DNA of 52,382 nucleotides from Paraglomus brasilianum (Eukaryota): NCBI GenBank assembly GCA_910592345.1, contig CAJVPI010000117.1, positions 1 to 52,382 of the forward strand, read 5' to 3'. Shown piece by piece: positions 1 to 11,796 of this stretch (position 1 is its first letter; each line of letters starts with the position of its first letter). The notes under the pieces were generated by a model. It saw only the letters and a program-made list of their open reading frames with translations, ran no database searches and was not told where the DNA came from. The position numbers and the translations under genes were made by a program.

Positions 1-691
1 ATCGATACGTTTAGCTTCAGCTTTTTTCCGATTGACACTCTGGATTTTGTTGGCATCTTCTGTAATATCTGGAAATTTCGTAGCCTCAATGATCTCAAGT
101 GATGCATTAAGGTTCCTTAATTCTCTACGAAGACGAGTGAGACGTGATGAACCAGCATTAGCAGTTTTTGCTGATAGGGCTAAGGCATAAGCTTCAGCTC
201 TTATATCTCTAATACTAAGTTTATCCCGTAAAAACCGTCGCGCCATATCTCCGATAGTTTCTTCCTTTGATTGTTTTGGGGGTTTGTTGGTGATAGCAGT
301 ATTTACGATTTTATTCTCGTTTTTCTGAATTGAGAATAAGGCATTTACTTGATCCTCACTAAACCCATATCTATTTTGCAAGATTCGTTTTGCTGTCTCT
401 CTGATAATCTCTTCTTCTAGATTTTTTGGGGGTGATGCTAGAACTATTCTACAATTACCTTCGACAAGTATTTATAGTTTTATTTTTCCCACTCCTCTGA
501 TTAGGTATTAATACACCTACCTGTTTACTGCTAAATTTAAAACCATCCCGAAGACGTCTGCGCGCCTGATTCCGCTTTCTATCATCGGTAAGGTTCTCAA
601 GAAATTCTGAGGTATATTTGCTGAGATCGGACACACCCATCTTGGGACTGAGATTGTATTTTTCAACGATTTTAGTTGCGATGGCTGACAT
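1..691 (-). pseudogene. Frameshifted intronless ORF of a virus/plasmid-like element; 5' part only, runs off the window start
   Basis: ORF 455..691 (MSAIATKIVEKYNLSPKM...) continues after a frameshift near 455-475 into a frame I translated by hand, open from ~471 to base 1 (LEEEIIRETAKRILQNRYGFSEDQVNAL...ETIGDMARRFLRDKLSIRDIRAEAYALALSAKTANAGSSRLTRLRRELRNL...KRID). Co-oriented with the adjacent D5-like helicase. Confidence 0.6.
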
Positions 692-983
692 GATCTAATG
701 TTATAGTAGGTCAAGTAGTTTATGAATAATTCTTTAGGTTATATACACTATAGAAAATATTTTTTCAAATCGAAATTAATTATGCTTTTTCTGAGTATGG
801 GAGGAAAAAGATTGTATATGCCTACATATGGGTAACTGGTCATCAGTTTGAAATTTACTAATATATAGGATATAACGAAAAAATTAGCTTTGAGTTGTGG
901 AGACTCAGGCTATATTAAGGTTTGTGATTCATTTTTCTATTTCTAGTGTAGCTACCCAAATAGATTCTGGCATGATTCAACAG

Positions 984-1250
984 TTATAAGATATTTGCGA
1001 TATATGTCTGGTCTGTTTGTAATATTTCAGGTGGCGGTATTACTGCTGGCTTCCATATATTAAATAAAAAGGCTGTGTGATCGGAATAACCATAATCGAT
1101 ATGTTCAGATATTTCTGAGTAATTTGATAAATCACTAACATGTTTATATCCATTGCGGATTAATTTTCGGAATGTTGGCCCATTTATGTTTATCATCCGG
1201 TCAGTTAATAAGTTGAGCACTTTTTCTGGAGTTTCCAATTCTTGATCGTT
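984..1250 (-). CDS. Small intronless protein with a 2-cysteine-adaptor-like viral motif, possibly degenerate
   Basis: From MNDQELETPEK: VLNLLTDRMININGPTFRKLIRNGY resembles the NPxTxRxIxxxGPT[YF]xxL core of the 2C_adapt domain of large DNA viruses; flanking cysteines are absent. Confidence 0.45.
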   Translation of the reverse strand, partial: NDQELETPEKVLNLLTDRMININGPTFRKLIRNGYKHVSDLSNYSEISEHIDYGYSDHTAFLFNIWKPAVIPPPEILQTDQTYIANIL

Positions 1251-1378
1251 CATTTTGTTTATAGTATTTGTAATATTTTTATTGGAAAATTTTATATTAG
1301 CTAGTTTGTAGGAGCAAAAAATCCCCCTATATCGATGCAAAATTTACCTACCTATTCACTCCTTACTGATCGAATAAT

Positions 1379-2810
1379 TTACCGTAACATACCATTTTCC
1401 TGGAGTATGTTAATCGTTTTTTTCCATTCCTCATCAGTATCCAGCCATGATGAGGTGATTCCATCTTCCTCGAGAGAACGGCGGATTATTTCTTCACTTA
1501 TTAATCTTTCTCGCACTGTCATATCCATATATTCACTGGGGTCTTCTTCAGCCTCCTTTGCAAAACCACACATTCTCGCATCAGTCTGCATTCTATCGCG
1601 GAATGCTATGGAATCGAGCTTATCTTTATCAGTTATAGTAATGAAAATCTCTGGATCCTCACCAAGTTCGATGGCTTTTTGCCTTAATCGTATTTCTCGT
1701 TGCTCCCTGGTTTGATATCCGAGTGGGTATGATATCTGCTGGGGAGATACTTCAGTACTGTTTTTTGGTTCATTGTTCATAGGCAAGTCGAGAGAGATTT
1801 CGGGAGATTTAGATTTATCGTCTACGATTTCGGGAGACATGGATATATTAGTAGGGACAAAGTCCCATGATTCAGAGAATCGCCTAACAGCCTGCTTTGC
1901 AATAGACCCAGATGACGAAGCAACTGAACTTTCATTTGTTATAGAATCGAAGAGATCCTGGGTCATATCAGGAATAGGGGAGGTGGATGTTTTCCGATAC
2001 GATTGGTATTTGATGAGGTGGGTTTTATTTTTTTTGGTTCGGAAGTTACGATTTCTGGGACATTAAATATAGGAATATCTGTGGATGTGTTGGTGGATAT
2101 TTCGGTTTGAGGTGAGTCTGAAAATTCTTCGATATCACCTACTGATTCACGTAGCTTGGCCACGATTTTGGAACGATCGAGGATATACTGCCATTCTCTT
2201 TTTCCACCACCAGCACGTTTTCGTTCAATGTTAACCTGTGGGATTTTTTTCCCAAAATTATTATTACTGAATGGCTTTTCACCATTAGCTTCACACCATG
2301 TACGATACTCCTGATATAACATAGCACAACCTGGTTTTTCAATTTGATCTTCCGACCATACTGAAATATGATCAATTATGAATCGGATGGGATTTGGGAG
2401 ATGCTCACGCATTGTCTCTGTTTTCATTTTAGTGGTAGGAATGGATTCCAATTCAAAAGGTCTTGATTAAGTAAATAGCTCATAAAAGATCCAGGTGTAT
2501 CGGGATGGTTGAGAATTTTTCCCAATTGACCAAAATATTTAAAATTACCTTTACATCGAGGTGAAACATCTAAACATACAATACGACCATCTCCTTGCTC
2601 AACACGAATTGGGGCATCATGATTACTTAATACTATAAATCCAGGAAAATGGCCACATTCTTGATTTTCGAGACCTTTACGCTCAATTGAGACGTAATCT
2701 TCTGTAATTAGAGATTTTAAGTGATCGTTTGACTTATGCCATTCTCCACTTAACATTCCCGCTTCATTCATAATTATAAGTTTACGTCCTTGAATACTAC
2801 TGTTGAATTT
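1379..2810 (-). pseudogene. D5-like (SF3) primase-helicase, 5'-truncated, two frameshifts
   Basis: Three overlapping ORFs (2424..2771, 1963..2451, 1379..1966). KFNSSIQGRKLIIMNE (Walker B), LKSLITEDYVSIERKG, FIVLSNH (motif C), GDGRIVCL (arginine-finger region), and winged-helix LYQEYRTWCEANGEKPFSNNNFGKKI. Walker A and the primase domain are missing; homology stops at ~2810. Confidence 0.8.
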
Positions 2811-2811
2811 T

Positions 2812-3185
2812 CATCAAATATTGAAAACCTTTTTCATTTCATAATGCTGAGCTTTATTTAATCCAGCTGTACTTGATTTTTCTATAGTCATAGAGTTTCT
2901 TAATCAATCCAAAACTACCATCACACTTGAGTTTAGTATGTTCAGGTGTACCACGAAATTTAATTCGATACTTTCATAATAACCACAAATTACTAAATAT
3001 AGGTAAAATCAAATAGTGATATTATTTTTATTCTGATCACTTGCATTGTCGCAAGTAATTTTTAAATGTTTTTCGCCTTTATTCAATTTCTTTATTCCAT
3101 AAAATACCATGCTCAGTGTACCATTAGGACCTTTGCCGATAATGTTGTCTTCATCGAGTATGTAATTAATTTGTTCGCGTACCGA
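2812..3185 (-). mobile_element. Degenerate DDD-type DNA transposase fragment (CDN..QNKN / HTK.KCD family), copy 1
   Basis: Hand translation gives REQINYILDEDNIIGKGPNGTLSMVF, LKITCDNASDQNKNN and PEHTKLKCDGSFGLIKKLY, with frameshifts; clear DNA similarity to 19630-19865. Confidence 0.7.
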
Positions 3186-4096
3186 ATAAATTCAATAACC
3201 ACAAGAAGATTGATTTCGCGTGTTTGAAAAATCAAGCCAATCGGTATTAGTATATTAATATGCAAAATCATACTTAATATTTCGTTTACACACATCAACA
3301 ACAGTTATCACTAACAAAATATGTGAATTCTATGAGCATTGGATTACATTAGTAATGATTGACGACGAAAATGTCTTTGCCGATTGTCATTTGCAAATTG
3401 CACACACATCGGCAACAGTTACAATTAACAAGCGTATAAATTGTATGAGCGTAGGGTTCTTGACGACGACGAAGATCGATTTTAACATGTCCCATGACTA
3501 TTAACACATCTTACATCTTAATGTGGACGTTGTTTGCATATCATCACTTGTGTTCGAATAAAATTTTATTCAAGGCCGGATATTCAACACCAGAAACCCA
3601 GTCTGTAATTGATTTGAAACAACCTATACTCCTGCCACAGGCAAGGGCCGATGACATTGATCTCAACTCTCATCAGCAAATTGAACTTATATAATTAATT
3701 TAATCAGGTCGATGAAGGAACGTTGTCATTGCGACGGTCACGTTGATCAAATATACGTGTCCAAAGATTTTTGTAACACACTATATAAGATTTCGGTTCA
3801 GTATTCATATTTAATCCGTATAAGTAGAATTTTAGTATTACCAGCACGTGACCTGAAGAGACCATGATCGTTACATGAACGAACTTTGTGGCATCAAACA
3901 ATATCAGTCCTTTCAACGTCAATACAATTAGACCCGCATAAATTCTGAATAGTAACCATTTTATTATAACGTATATATGGAAAATGGAATTCTCATAAGC
4001 TTACCCTCGAAGTTGTAACATGGGTAAACGAGATAAGAAAACTGGGAAAGGTGAGAATGCCGCGTCGTTCTACTGGAAATCCCTCTTTGTTTCCTG

Positions 4097-5720
4097 TCAG
4101 GTTTTCCTCCTTTTCGGATAATAAAGCGGTAACATACGACGAACAATCGCCTTATTCTCTTCACCCTCTATCAATTGCATAAGATCCACAGATGCTGTTC
4201 GCAATTCTTTCAATGACTTCTCAACTTCCAGTGTCTCATCGTCCTGCCTCAAATTCAGACAACCGTACAGCTCTTTGCTTATCCCAAAAAGCGCGCATGA
4301 TATCTGAATCTTCCTATTCTGCCCGTGACTTGATAGAATATTATAACGATGTCCTTCAGTACCAATTTGCATATACAAAGATAGATAGGGCAATATGCAA
4401 TCTGCAGCATCTTCCATCTTCATATACGCAGGCGTGAGTTTTGAGGTGGCGTCCACGCGATATGCTGTCGTTGTAACGTGATTTTTGACCTGTACTAATA
4501 TAAATGTAACACTCTTAACATCCAAATTGCCATCAATTAGAACTGGAATCACTAAATCGACACCCCTCTGACACTCTTTACAATAAACTGCCGCTCCACG
4601 CTTGGCAAACTCGAGTAAATCATGCTTCGTTGGTGTGTAAGATACTCCCGCAAAATGGTTGAAACGAACCCATCCCTTTGCCAACTCCGTGTCCTTTATG
4701 TTTTGCCAGATATCCGTAAAAACTTTCTCAACAAACAGCGACCTGAGGTAATCATAGATAATTATTGGTTCTGCAAATTTGATACTCAAGGGAGAAGATC
4801 GAGCAGCTGCATGTTTATCCCAAGCCATCAGCAAAATAAACTGAGCAATAGTCTCTCCACGGTAACCACGTAGAACAAAACCTTTTCTGATTCCCTGAAT
4901 CCAATGATTAAGGATGTTGCTAATCCTAACATCCTCATGATTCATTATTGCTGCTGCTGCCATGGCTAAAGGAGGTTCAGATGGTGAGGCTGTGACAACT
5001 GTTTGACAATCCTCAGACATGTACATCATCAAACGCATATAATTCGAGACCAAATCAGTTGCCAACTCAGATTGCGGTGAAATATCAAGGTGAAGACGTG
5101 AATCGAGGATGCAATGGCCATACTGAAATCTCATAGTTTTGATTGTGCAAACCCAAGTTTTGCCATTGCTAGCCTTACTAAACGGACAGGATACTCAGGA
5201 TCAGTAGCTGAAGACAACTGTGCATACCATAAAGGCCTGCCAAATCGGAAAACATAGTCACATTTGGCAGCTTCATTCAATGTCCTTGGTTCCAAAGCAG
5301 CCTTATGAACATGGATGTCAAATGTGTCAAGTAGATAGTATGGAGGGTACAGTTCATGACTCCCACTCTGTACTCGCAAAGAAGGATCATGTTTACCCTG
5401 TGGTGCAAAATTGGACAGTTTCCCCATTGTGTCTGTTACAACAGCAAAGATACAATAATCTGCATACTGTACTTCAGCAAGCATATGCAAAATGATCTGA
5501 AGCCAGTAATAGTGGTCTATTGGTTTTTCTGTAGATGGAAGCAAATACCGCGTCTCATCAAATGCAAAGACCAATTTCAATTTGCTTGGAATACGGTCAA
5601 GCTTTTCCTTATACCTTACAACAAAGTTTTCATAATGTTTTCTGAGCTCGTTTTTGATTCCCAACTTATTAGGACCTTTCTTATTCCCTATAATTCTCAT
5701 CAAGAACATAATTAATTTGT
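4097..5720 (-). pseudogene. Crinkler-type P-loop NTPase plus C-terminal restriction-endonuclease-like protein, frameshifted and 5'-decayed
   Basis: ORFs 5131..5823 and 4097..5134 abut in different frames. Motifs LVFAFDE (Walker B), TDTMGKLSNFAP, FGRPLW, SPSEPPLA, GYRGE, FNHF and GVDLVIPV...ILVQVKN (PD-(D/E)xK-like with QxK). No Walker A found upstream. Confidence 0.65.
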
Positions 5721-6150
5721 TTGTGCACTGCTTCATCTTGAATATATTTATGGTGATCATTAAAATTTTGTGGAATAATAATAACAAGGAAGAAGGTTTG
5801 CTATAATAATAAGACTGATTCATTGTAACTTATCAAGTTCTGATGAACAACACACTTCTAAACCCAATTTTCTTGATACTCATTTGATCAAAATACTGTA
5901 GGTATCATTCAGGTGTTTGATGCTTGATATGTCAATACTGTGCTCTGTGAATACATCTAGAAACTCATAAACTCTCCTTCACTGTTTTTTATCTAGCTCT
6001 AAGAAATTCAAGTATAGTTGGTGTTTTCTTTTTCATTATAGTTATTGGAAAGTAAGATGGGTGATGAGAGTGTTGACAGTAACAATGTGCATAATAATAA
6101 GGGGAAGTATAGAATGCATATTATAAAGTCAGTATGGAGACACTCTTCCC

Positions 6151-6179
6151 AGTAATAGTAATAGTAATAGTAATAGTAA
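6151..6179. repeat. (AGTAAT)n microsatellite, about 5 copies
   Basis: agtaatagtaatagtaatagtaatagtaa read directly. Confidence 0.9.
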
Positions 6180-6499
6180 GTCTTTCCATTTCAGAAATCA
6201 ACTTGTCTAAATACCAATCTACCTTCTGTTCAACCAAGACTTGAGAACCTTTAAGAACAATCATTATATATATAATGATGTTTGATTGATTGGCAACAAA
6301 AACCAATGTTACATACTTTCATGTCATCTGCATCAAACAACTTCCTTCTTCCCCTACTAGAATATAGAATGGCATCTGAATCAAGTATTCTTCTCTGCCA
6401 TTTTCTTCCAAAACCACATTAACATGTTGGTCTTGCATCCAATGTTTCAAATGTTATGTGAGGATATTCCTTTGTTGGCATATTAACATTAGTTTTTTG

Positions 6500-7039
6500 C
6501 TCCAAAACAGTGGTGAACAAGTGCAAGGGCCAAGCTCAATTATTTTACACCCAGCCAGTGATCCCATATTGCTTATCCAGGTCTACTGCAACTCTGTTGA
6601 GGATGTAACCTGCATCCTGTTCCTTGAGTTTGTTGAAAAATTGTGCTGCTTGGTTGAGGTTCTCCCCCAAAAGCAGACTTTCCATTGCATGCAAGAGACC
6701 TCCAGTATCTGATAACAGTTGAGTAACCCACAAATAGAGTTTCCATTCATTCTTGCATGCAACAGATTGCATTGCAAAATCCTCAATGAATCCCATATTG
6801 AACTTGTTCCAAACAAAGAATACATAATAATATAAATAAGCAAGATGGATGCTGAGAACAACAGTAGGTGTGAGGCTACTGTCATATGCATCAAGCATAA
6901 CTCTATTAGTGAAGTTGAAGAGCACCCACTCCAGATGCAGTTGAAGTTCATCCTGTATCCATTCAGGTGGTGGCAGCAGTGTCCATTCTGCTTTCAACCC
7001 ATCAAAAAGCTCCTGATCAAAGCATGTTTTGCTTGACAA
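6500..7039 (-). pseudogene. Remnant of a second Crinkler-family NTPase-like gene
   Basis: ORF 6545..7039 contains LLSDTGGLLHAME (cf. the DxGGxPRAL motif of this family) and VAVDLDKQYGI; lies within a CpG-free tract. Confidence 0.4.
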
Positions 7040-9659
7040 GTTATTTGATGGTTCATGTCATAAATTTGTGTACAAGTTATTGTTGTGATAATCAAAATGC
7101 TATTAGTATTAGTCAAATCAGTCAACTTTCAGTCACATCAGCCTCTCATTTCTGTCACATAATAAAATATTCACTTTGTCTGCAAAAAATACATCGCCCT
7201 ACAACATACAATAAATATTTTGTTCACATTAATCACATCCAAGACGTCGATCCACTCAAAGCTGTATAATGAATCAAATGGGTCAGTATCTATTGTTAGT
7301 AAAGTAAATGAGTCTTGCAAATGTTATACCAGTTTCAATGGTACACTGGTCTCTAGCTTTGTTGCTTAACTTCATGCTACTCTACAGAGGCTGACGTCAT
7401 TTTCATGTGTTTGTACTAGAATTAAATATACACATGAAATCAATTTATCTGTTTAGCTTAAATTCAAGTTTTAACATGCCAATTTAGTGCATCAATGATT
7501 TTTTGCATATTAAATCCAAATAAATGTGAAAAATAATAGTTATTGTATATGTTCTAATGGATATCGACTCATTCATACCAACTATTGTGGATTTTGGTCA
7601 AAACACCAGATGATCAACCGATTTCATCATTTTATACTTTAGACTAAATTCGAATAAGCTTAAAATGTTAAATTTAACATGCCAAATTAGTGTACTCGTA
7701 CTTTTTACCGGACCAAATGTTGAGTATTGCGAACGTTATATCAGTTTTAACGGTACAGATACCAGTTATTCGAATCTATTTCACGCCTAACATGATGCCA
7801 ATAAAGATATGGCATTTCTATCGTCATACAATATTTGAGCGTATTATTGAAGGCTATATTCTCTCACATGATGACCGAAAAACTGTAGTAATGATATCTC
7901 ATCCCGTTTTTGTTAAATGGAAAAAATCATTGACGTACGAATCCACAACTAAAACCACAATAATAATGTTACGTGATTGAAGTCATGAGTATGTACTACG
8001 TTTCACCAATTATTTCACACGATACGGTAAACAACATCATGTTATGGTACGAAAGACGCAATAGCTAGCTACGTACATTATTCTCGAAAATACCCTTAAA
8101 TACTCTCTTGAAATTTGTTCGTTGGGGAAAGTAACTACTTGCCGCACTACCATAAACCGCATGTCTCCCCAAAATCCAAACAACTCCTTCTATCAAACCT
8201 AACACCCGATCTAACTTCACCCACACTTCTTTTCAACACATTATATTCAACACCAACCATCAGCGTCTCATGCTTCCACAAAAAGGTCCGAGTCAACACA
8301 CTGGAATATGTGAATTGAATGAAGGATTATCGAACGACGCCGGCCAAACCGGTTGAAAATAAACCGTGCAGTCCAGAAAGTAAGTTCAATATACTGTACA
8401 ATTATATTAACACCATTCTGACAGTATTTACATAACTTCTATCTAGTCCGTTGTTGTAGAATTCCAAGGGCCAATATTTAGTATATTTAATCTTAATGTA
8501 TTGCCATACTGTAGATTTTATGTCAAGTATGTTGACTTTAAACTAAGAGTTTGCATATATTAACCCGAACGTATGACATGACAATCATAATAATAACTTA
8601 AACAATCAAGGAATAGCTTTATAGTATGACTAATAGACAGTGCCTACTGTATTTACAAATAACGATAATGATAGAACCCGTATTATGTATTGTGCAGCAC
8701 AACTCCCATTATGGAAATTAACATCCGATCAAGAGAATGTTCTCTCTTCGGAACATCGACGGAAGTATGTGGAACGAGGATGCAAACACAATCTATATCC
8801 TTAGTCTATCCTTACAAAGTTTGACGGTTCAAACGCGATCCCTTGCAAACGGCTCGAACGTTTATCCGGATAATCATTTTACTGGTGACGCAAATGGATA
8901 CGATCGTCAAATGAAACGCGGTCAGATCGTCAATTATAATTAGGAGACTTGTAACTATTACTATTACTATATAAATAGATAACGATAATTATACAACTAA
9001 AGTAATACAACACTGTTTTATCAAGTTCAAGTAGAAGTTATATCACCCATTGTGATACCGAACAAATATACTACACATTATATAATGGCCAACAGTCTGT
9101 GTTATGCAAGTCCAAAGTATTGTCCAAAGCATTGTTAAGAATGCGGACTAGTATCAGTTATTCCAAAGACTCAAAAAGACGAATCAACACTGCCTACCTA
9201 TGTTCTGAGTATGGTTTACATTATAATCTATCTATAATGAATGGTGGAACGAGAGACGACTACTTCAAAAATATCTGATTGCAACCGTTTTGCAGATACT
9301 GGAAAAGTATAAATAAGTGATAAACCTGCTTTTCATTATCCAGAATTGGAATTCAACCGTGCTTTGATCATCCAACCTTTTTTCGCATAAACAAGTACAT
9401 ACCCGATTAGTAAATTGGGAATTCCAAATGTGTTGTGGGGGGGAAAAACTTTTTTTTTGTTATTGTAGAACAACATCCCTAGCTAACCTCAGCGAACCAA
9501 CGACTGATTGGTGGGCTATACAGTAATCGTCAGACATGTAAACGTCCTATTGGCGGATCTTGTGACACAACACGGTGCAACCGAAAAACCTATACAACAT
9601 CCTTGCTCACTACTTTTTATCAAGTAGCTGTACTTGCGCATCGAATATAGCTCCCTACA

Positions 9660-11142
9660 ATGTGTCTTCCGTCTTTTACCCAGGATTTCAATCGTTTGTA
9701 CGTCGACACTACATTGGCTGACTTGACGCTAATAGTAGGTGAAGAGCCCAACACTGAGGAGATACGCGTACACTCACCTATATTATGGGCTAGGTCACCT
9801 TTCTTTCGAGAGGTGCTGAATGCTCTTCAGGCGAAGAGGACTACATTCGAACAAAAACTAAAGGTTCCTTTTATGGATCCTGAAGTGTTTCGCTCCGTTC
9901 TCAAGTGAGTAATAAGCTCGGTATTTGTCATGGGCCGAATACAAAAATTTTCATTTGCTTAGGAAATATCCCAATGTTCATTAATGGATCTTGTTTCAAA
10001 TGCGCAATTACCACCTTTACTCTTTTATCATGCTAATGCATTCCATCTGTTTGAATTCTCCCCAATTCAGATTCATTTACACAAACAACTTTTCAATGAA
10101 ACGTAACAATGGTATAGACTTCCTTGACCAACTTGTTGCTGCAGACGATCTCCAAGTTTCAACCCTAATCTCTTATATTCAAGATAAAATCATACAAAAC
10201 CAACAGACTTGGCTTAAAGATAATCTCATGCGTATATGGCAATCGCTTGCTGACCGTCCGTCATGTGAAATGTTATACAATCATGCTCAATCCATCATTG
10301 CGTCAAAACCAGCTGTCATGTTCAGCTCAAAAGAATTCCTCGCACTTGAGGCCGATTTTCTAGTATCCATTGTGCAAAGAGACGATTTAATTAGAGAAGA
10401 AGCTGCAATATGGGAAGATGTAATACGCTGGGGCATTGCACAGCACTCTCACTTGCCTGAAGATGTAATGACTTGGACAACCGAAAATTTTGCTGCGTTA
10501 CGAAACACTATTAAACCCATCATACCATACATCAGATTTTTCCAAATACCATCAGCCGAATTTCGCCGTAAAATCATACCGTTTCAACAAGTGCTCCCAA
10601 ACCCTCTTTACCAAGAACTCCTCTCATTTCACTTGGAACCTGGCTATGAACCACCCATTCCTATCTTGCCCCCACGGCTATCTCAATCTCCAGCAAAATC
10701 TTGTGAAAAATCTCCGTCCTTGTCTTCGCCTCTGCGTAGGACTTATTTGACAAGAAACTGTTTTGCTAATGCTCCCGTTATAGAAATCAAGCGAGAGCAG
10801 GAATCTGAAGCTGAATTCCCAGACGAAAAGAAGATTGCTGTTTCCCGGGAGGGTAGTCCTCGTGCTCGTTATAGAAAACGTCCTTCTCCTTCTGATAGGC
10901 GCATCATGCAACAATTTAGGTTGTATTATGACTGGAGAGCTTCTTTACCTGGAAAGTTAACTCAAGTTATGATTGCGCAAGAAATGGAAAAGATGATTAA
11001 TGATAAGACACGTGTCACCACGACTATCATCTCTCAAGCGTATAACATGAAAGAAATGCCCAAAAATGAACTGAAGATTCGCGCTTTTAAGATTTGGATA
11101 GACAAACAGAGAGAAAAGATGAAACATATGAGGAAAAATTAG
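9660..11142 (+). CDS. BTB/POZ-BACK domain protein with an atypical C-terminus (exons 9660-9904, 10071-11142)
   Basis: ADLTLIVGEEPNTEEIRVHSPILWARSPFF (BTB). A GTGAGT...CAG intron at 9905-10070 joins VLK|FIYTN in frame. BACK-like EAAIWEDVIRWGIAQH...IPYIRFFQIPSAEF, typical of Glomeromycotina BTB expansions. Confidence 0.9.
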
Positions 11143-11796
11143 AAACAAAGAAATAAAAAGAAGAGAAAAAAAAAAAAAGAACAGTGAATGCAAAAAAGAG
11201 AAAGACTAGAAGAGGAAACAGGCAGTTTGCGCGTTGAGAGTGTTTATGCGATAGCATTAGTACTGTCGAGAAATGCCACGACGGTCTCTATATGAATTGT
11301 AAGCACGTAGTAGATGAAGTAGTTTATCTGTTTATTTGCAAAGAAGCAAAAAAGATAGTTCGTTGATTCTGGATGAGTAACACTAATCTCGTCCTCGTAT
11401 TCTAACGATACCCATATTCTTGACGACGTGAAATGTTGCAAATTAATGTACAGATTCAATAAATTTAATACGCAACGACTGTGAGCTTCTGGGTAAATAA
11501 AAAAAATTCTATTTATAGATACTTGTTTGGTAAATAAGTATTATCATATAATATTGAAAATGTCTTTTGTATGTGTGCCTGAGTTATACTATTCATATTA
11601 GAAAAGCCATCTTCCATCCATATCCACAAAACTCTAAAATGAGAAATATTCCAGTAAAGAATATAAAACTTTTTTTTCCCTTCTTGACCGTGTGTACAAT
11701 GTGCTTCCTTAACAATAAATATATCGACAGTATTATCGCCAAGATATCTTGGGATTTTCCTTTTAACCTCTCTACACAAACAAAAAGTGGGTTTCG

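Noticed and set aside
7470..7990. Possible degenerate inverted-repeat element
   Set aside because: Only short patches match (tcaatgatttttt at ~7492 versus aaaaaatcattga at ~7921); ends and TSD could not be defined.
8115..8943. Short ORFs, possibly a decayed gene or retroelement fragment
   Set aside because: No recognisable motif and no consistent spliced model.
9991..10070. N-terminal extension of the 383 aa ORF
   Set aside because: Falls inside the GT-AG intron 9905-10070 of the BTB gene.
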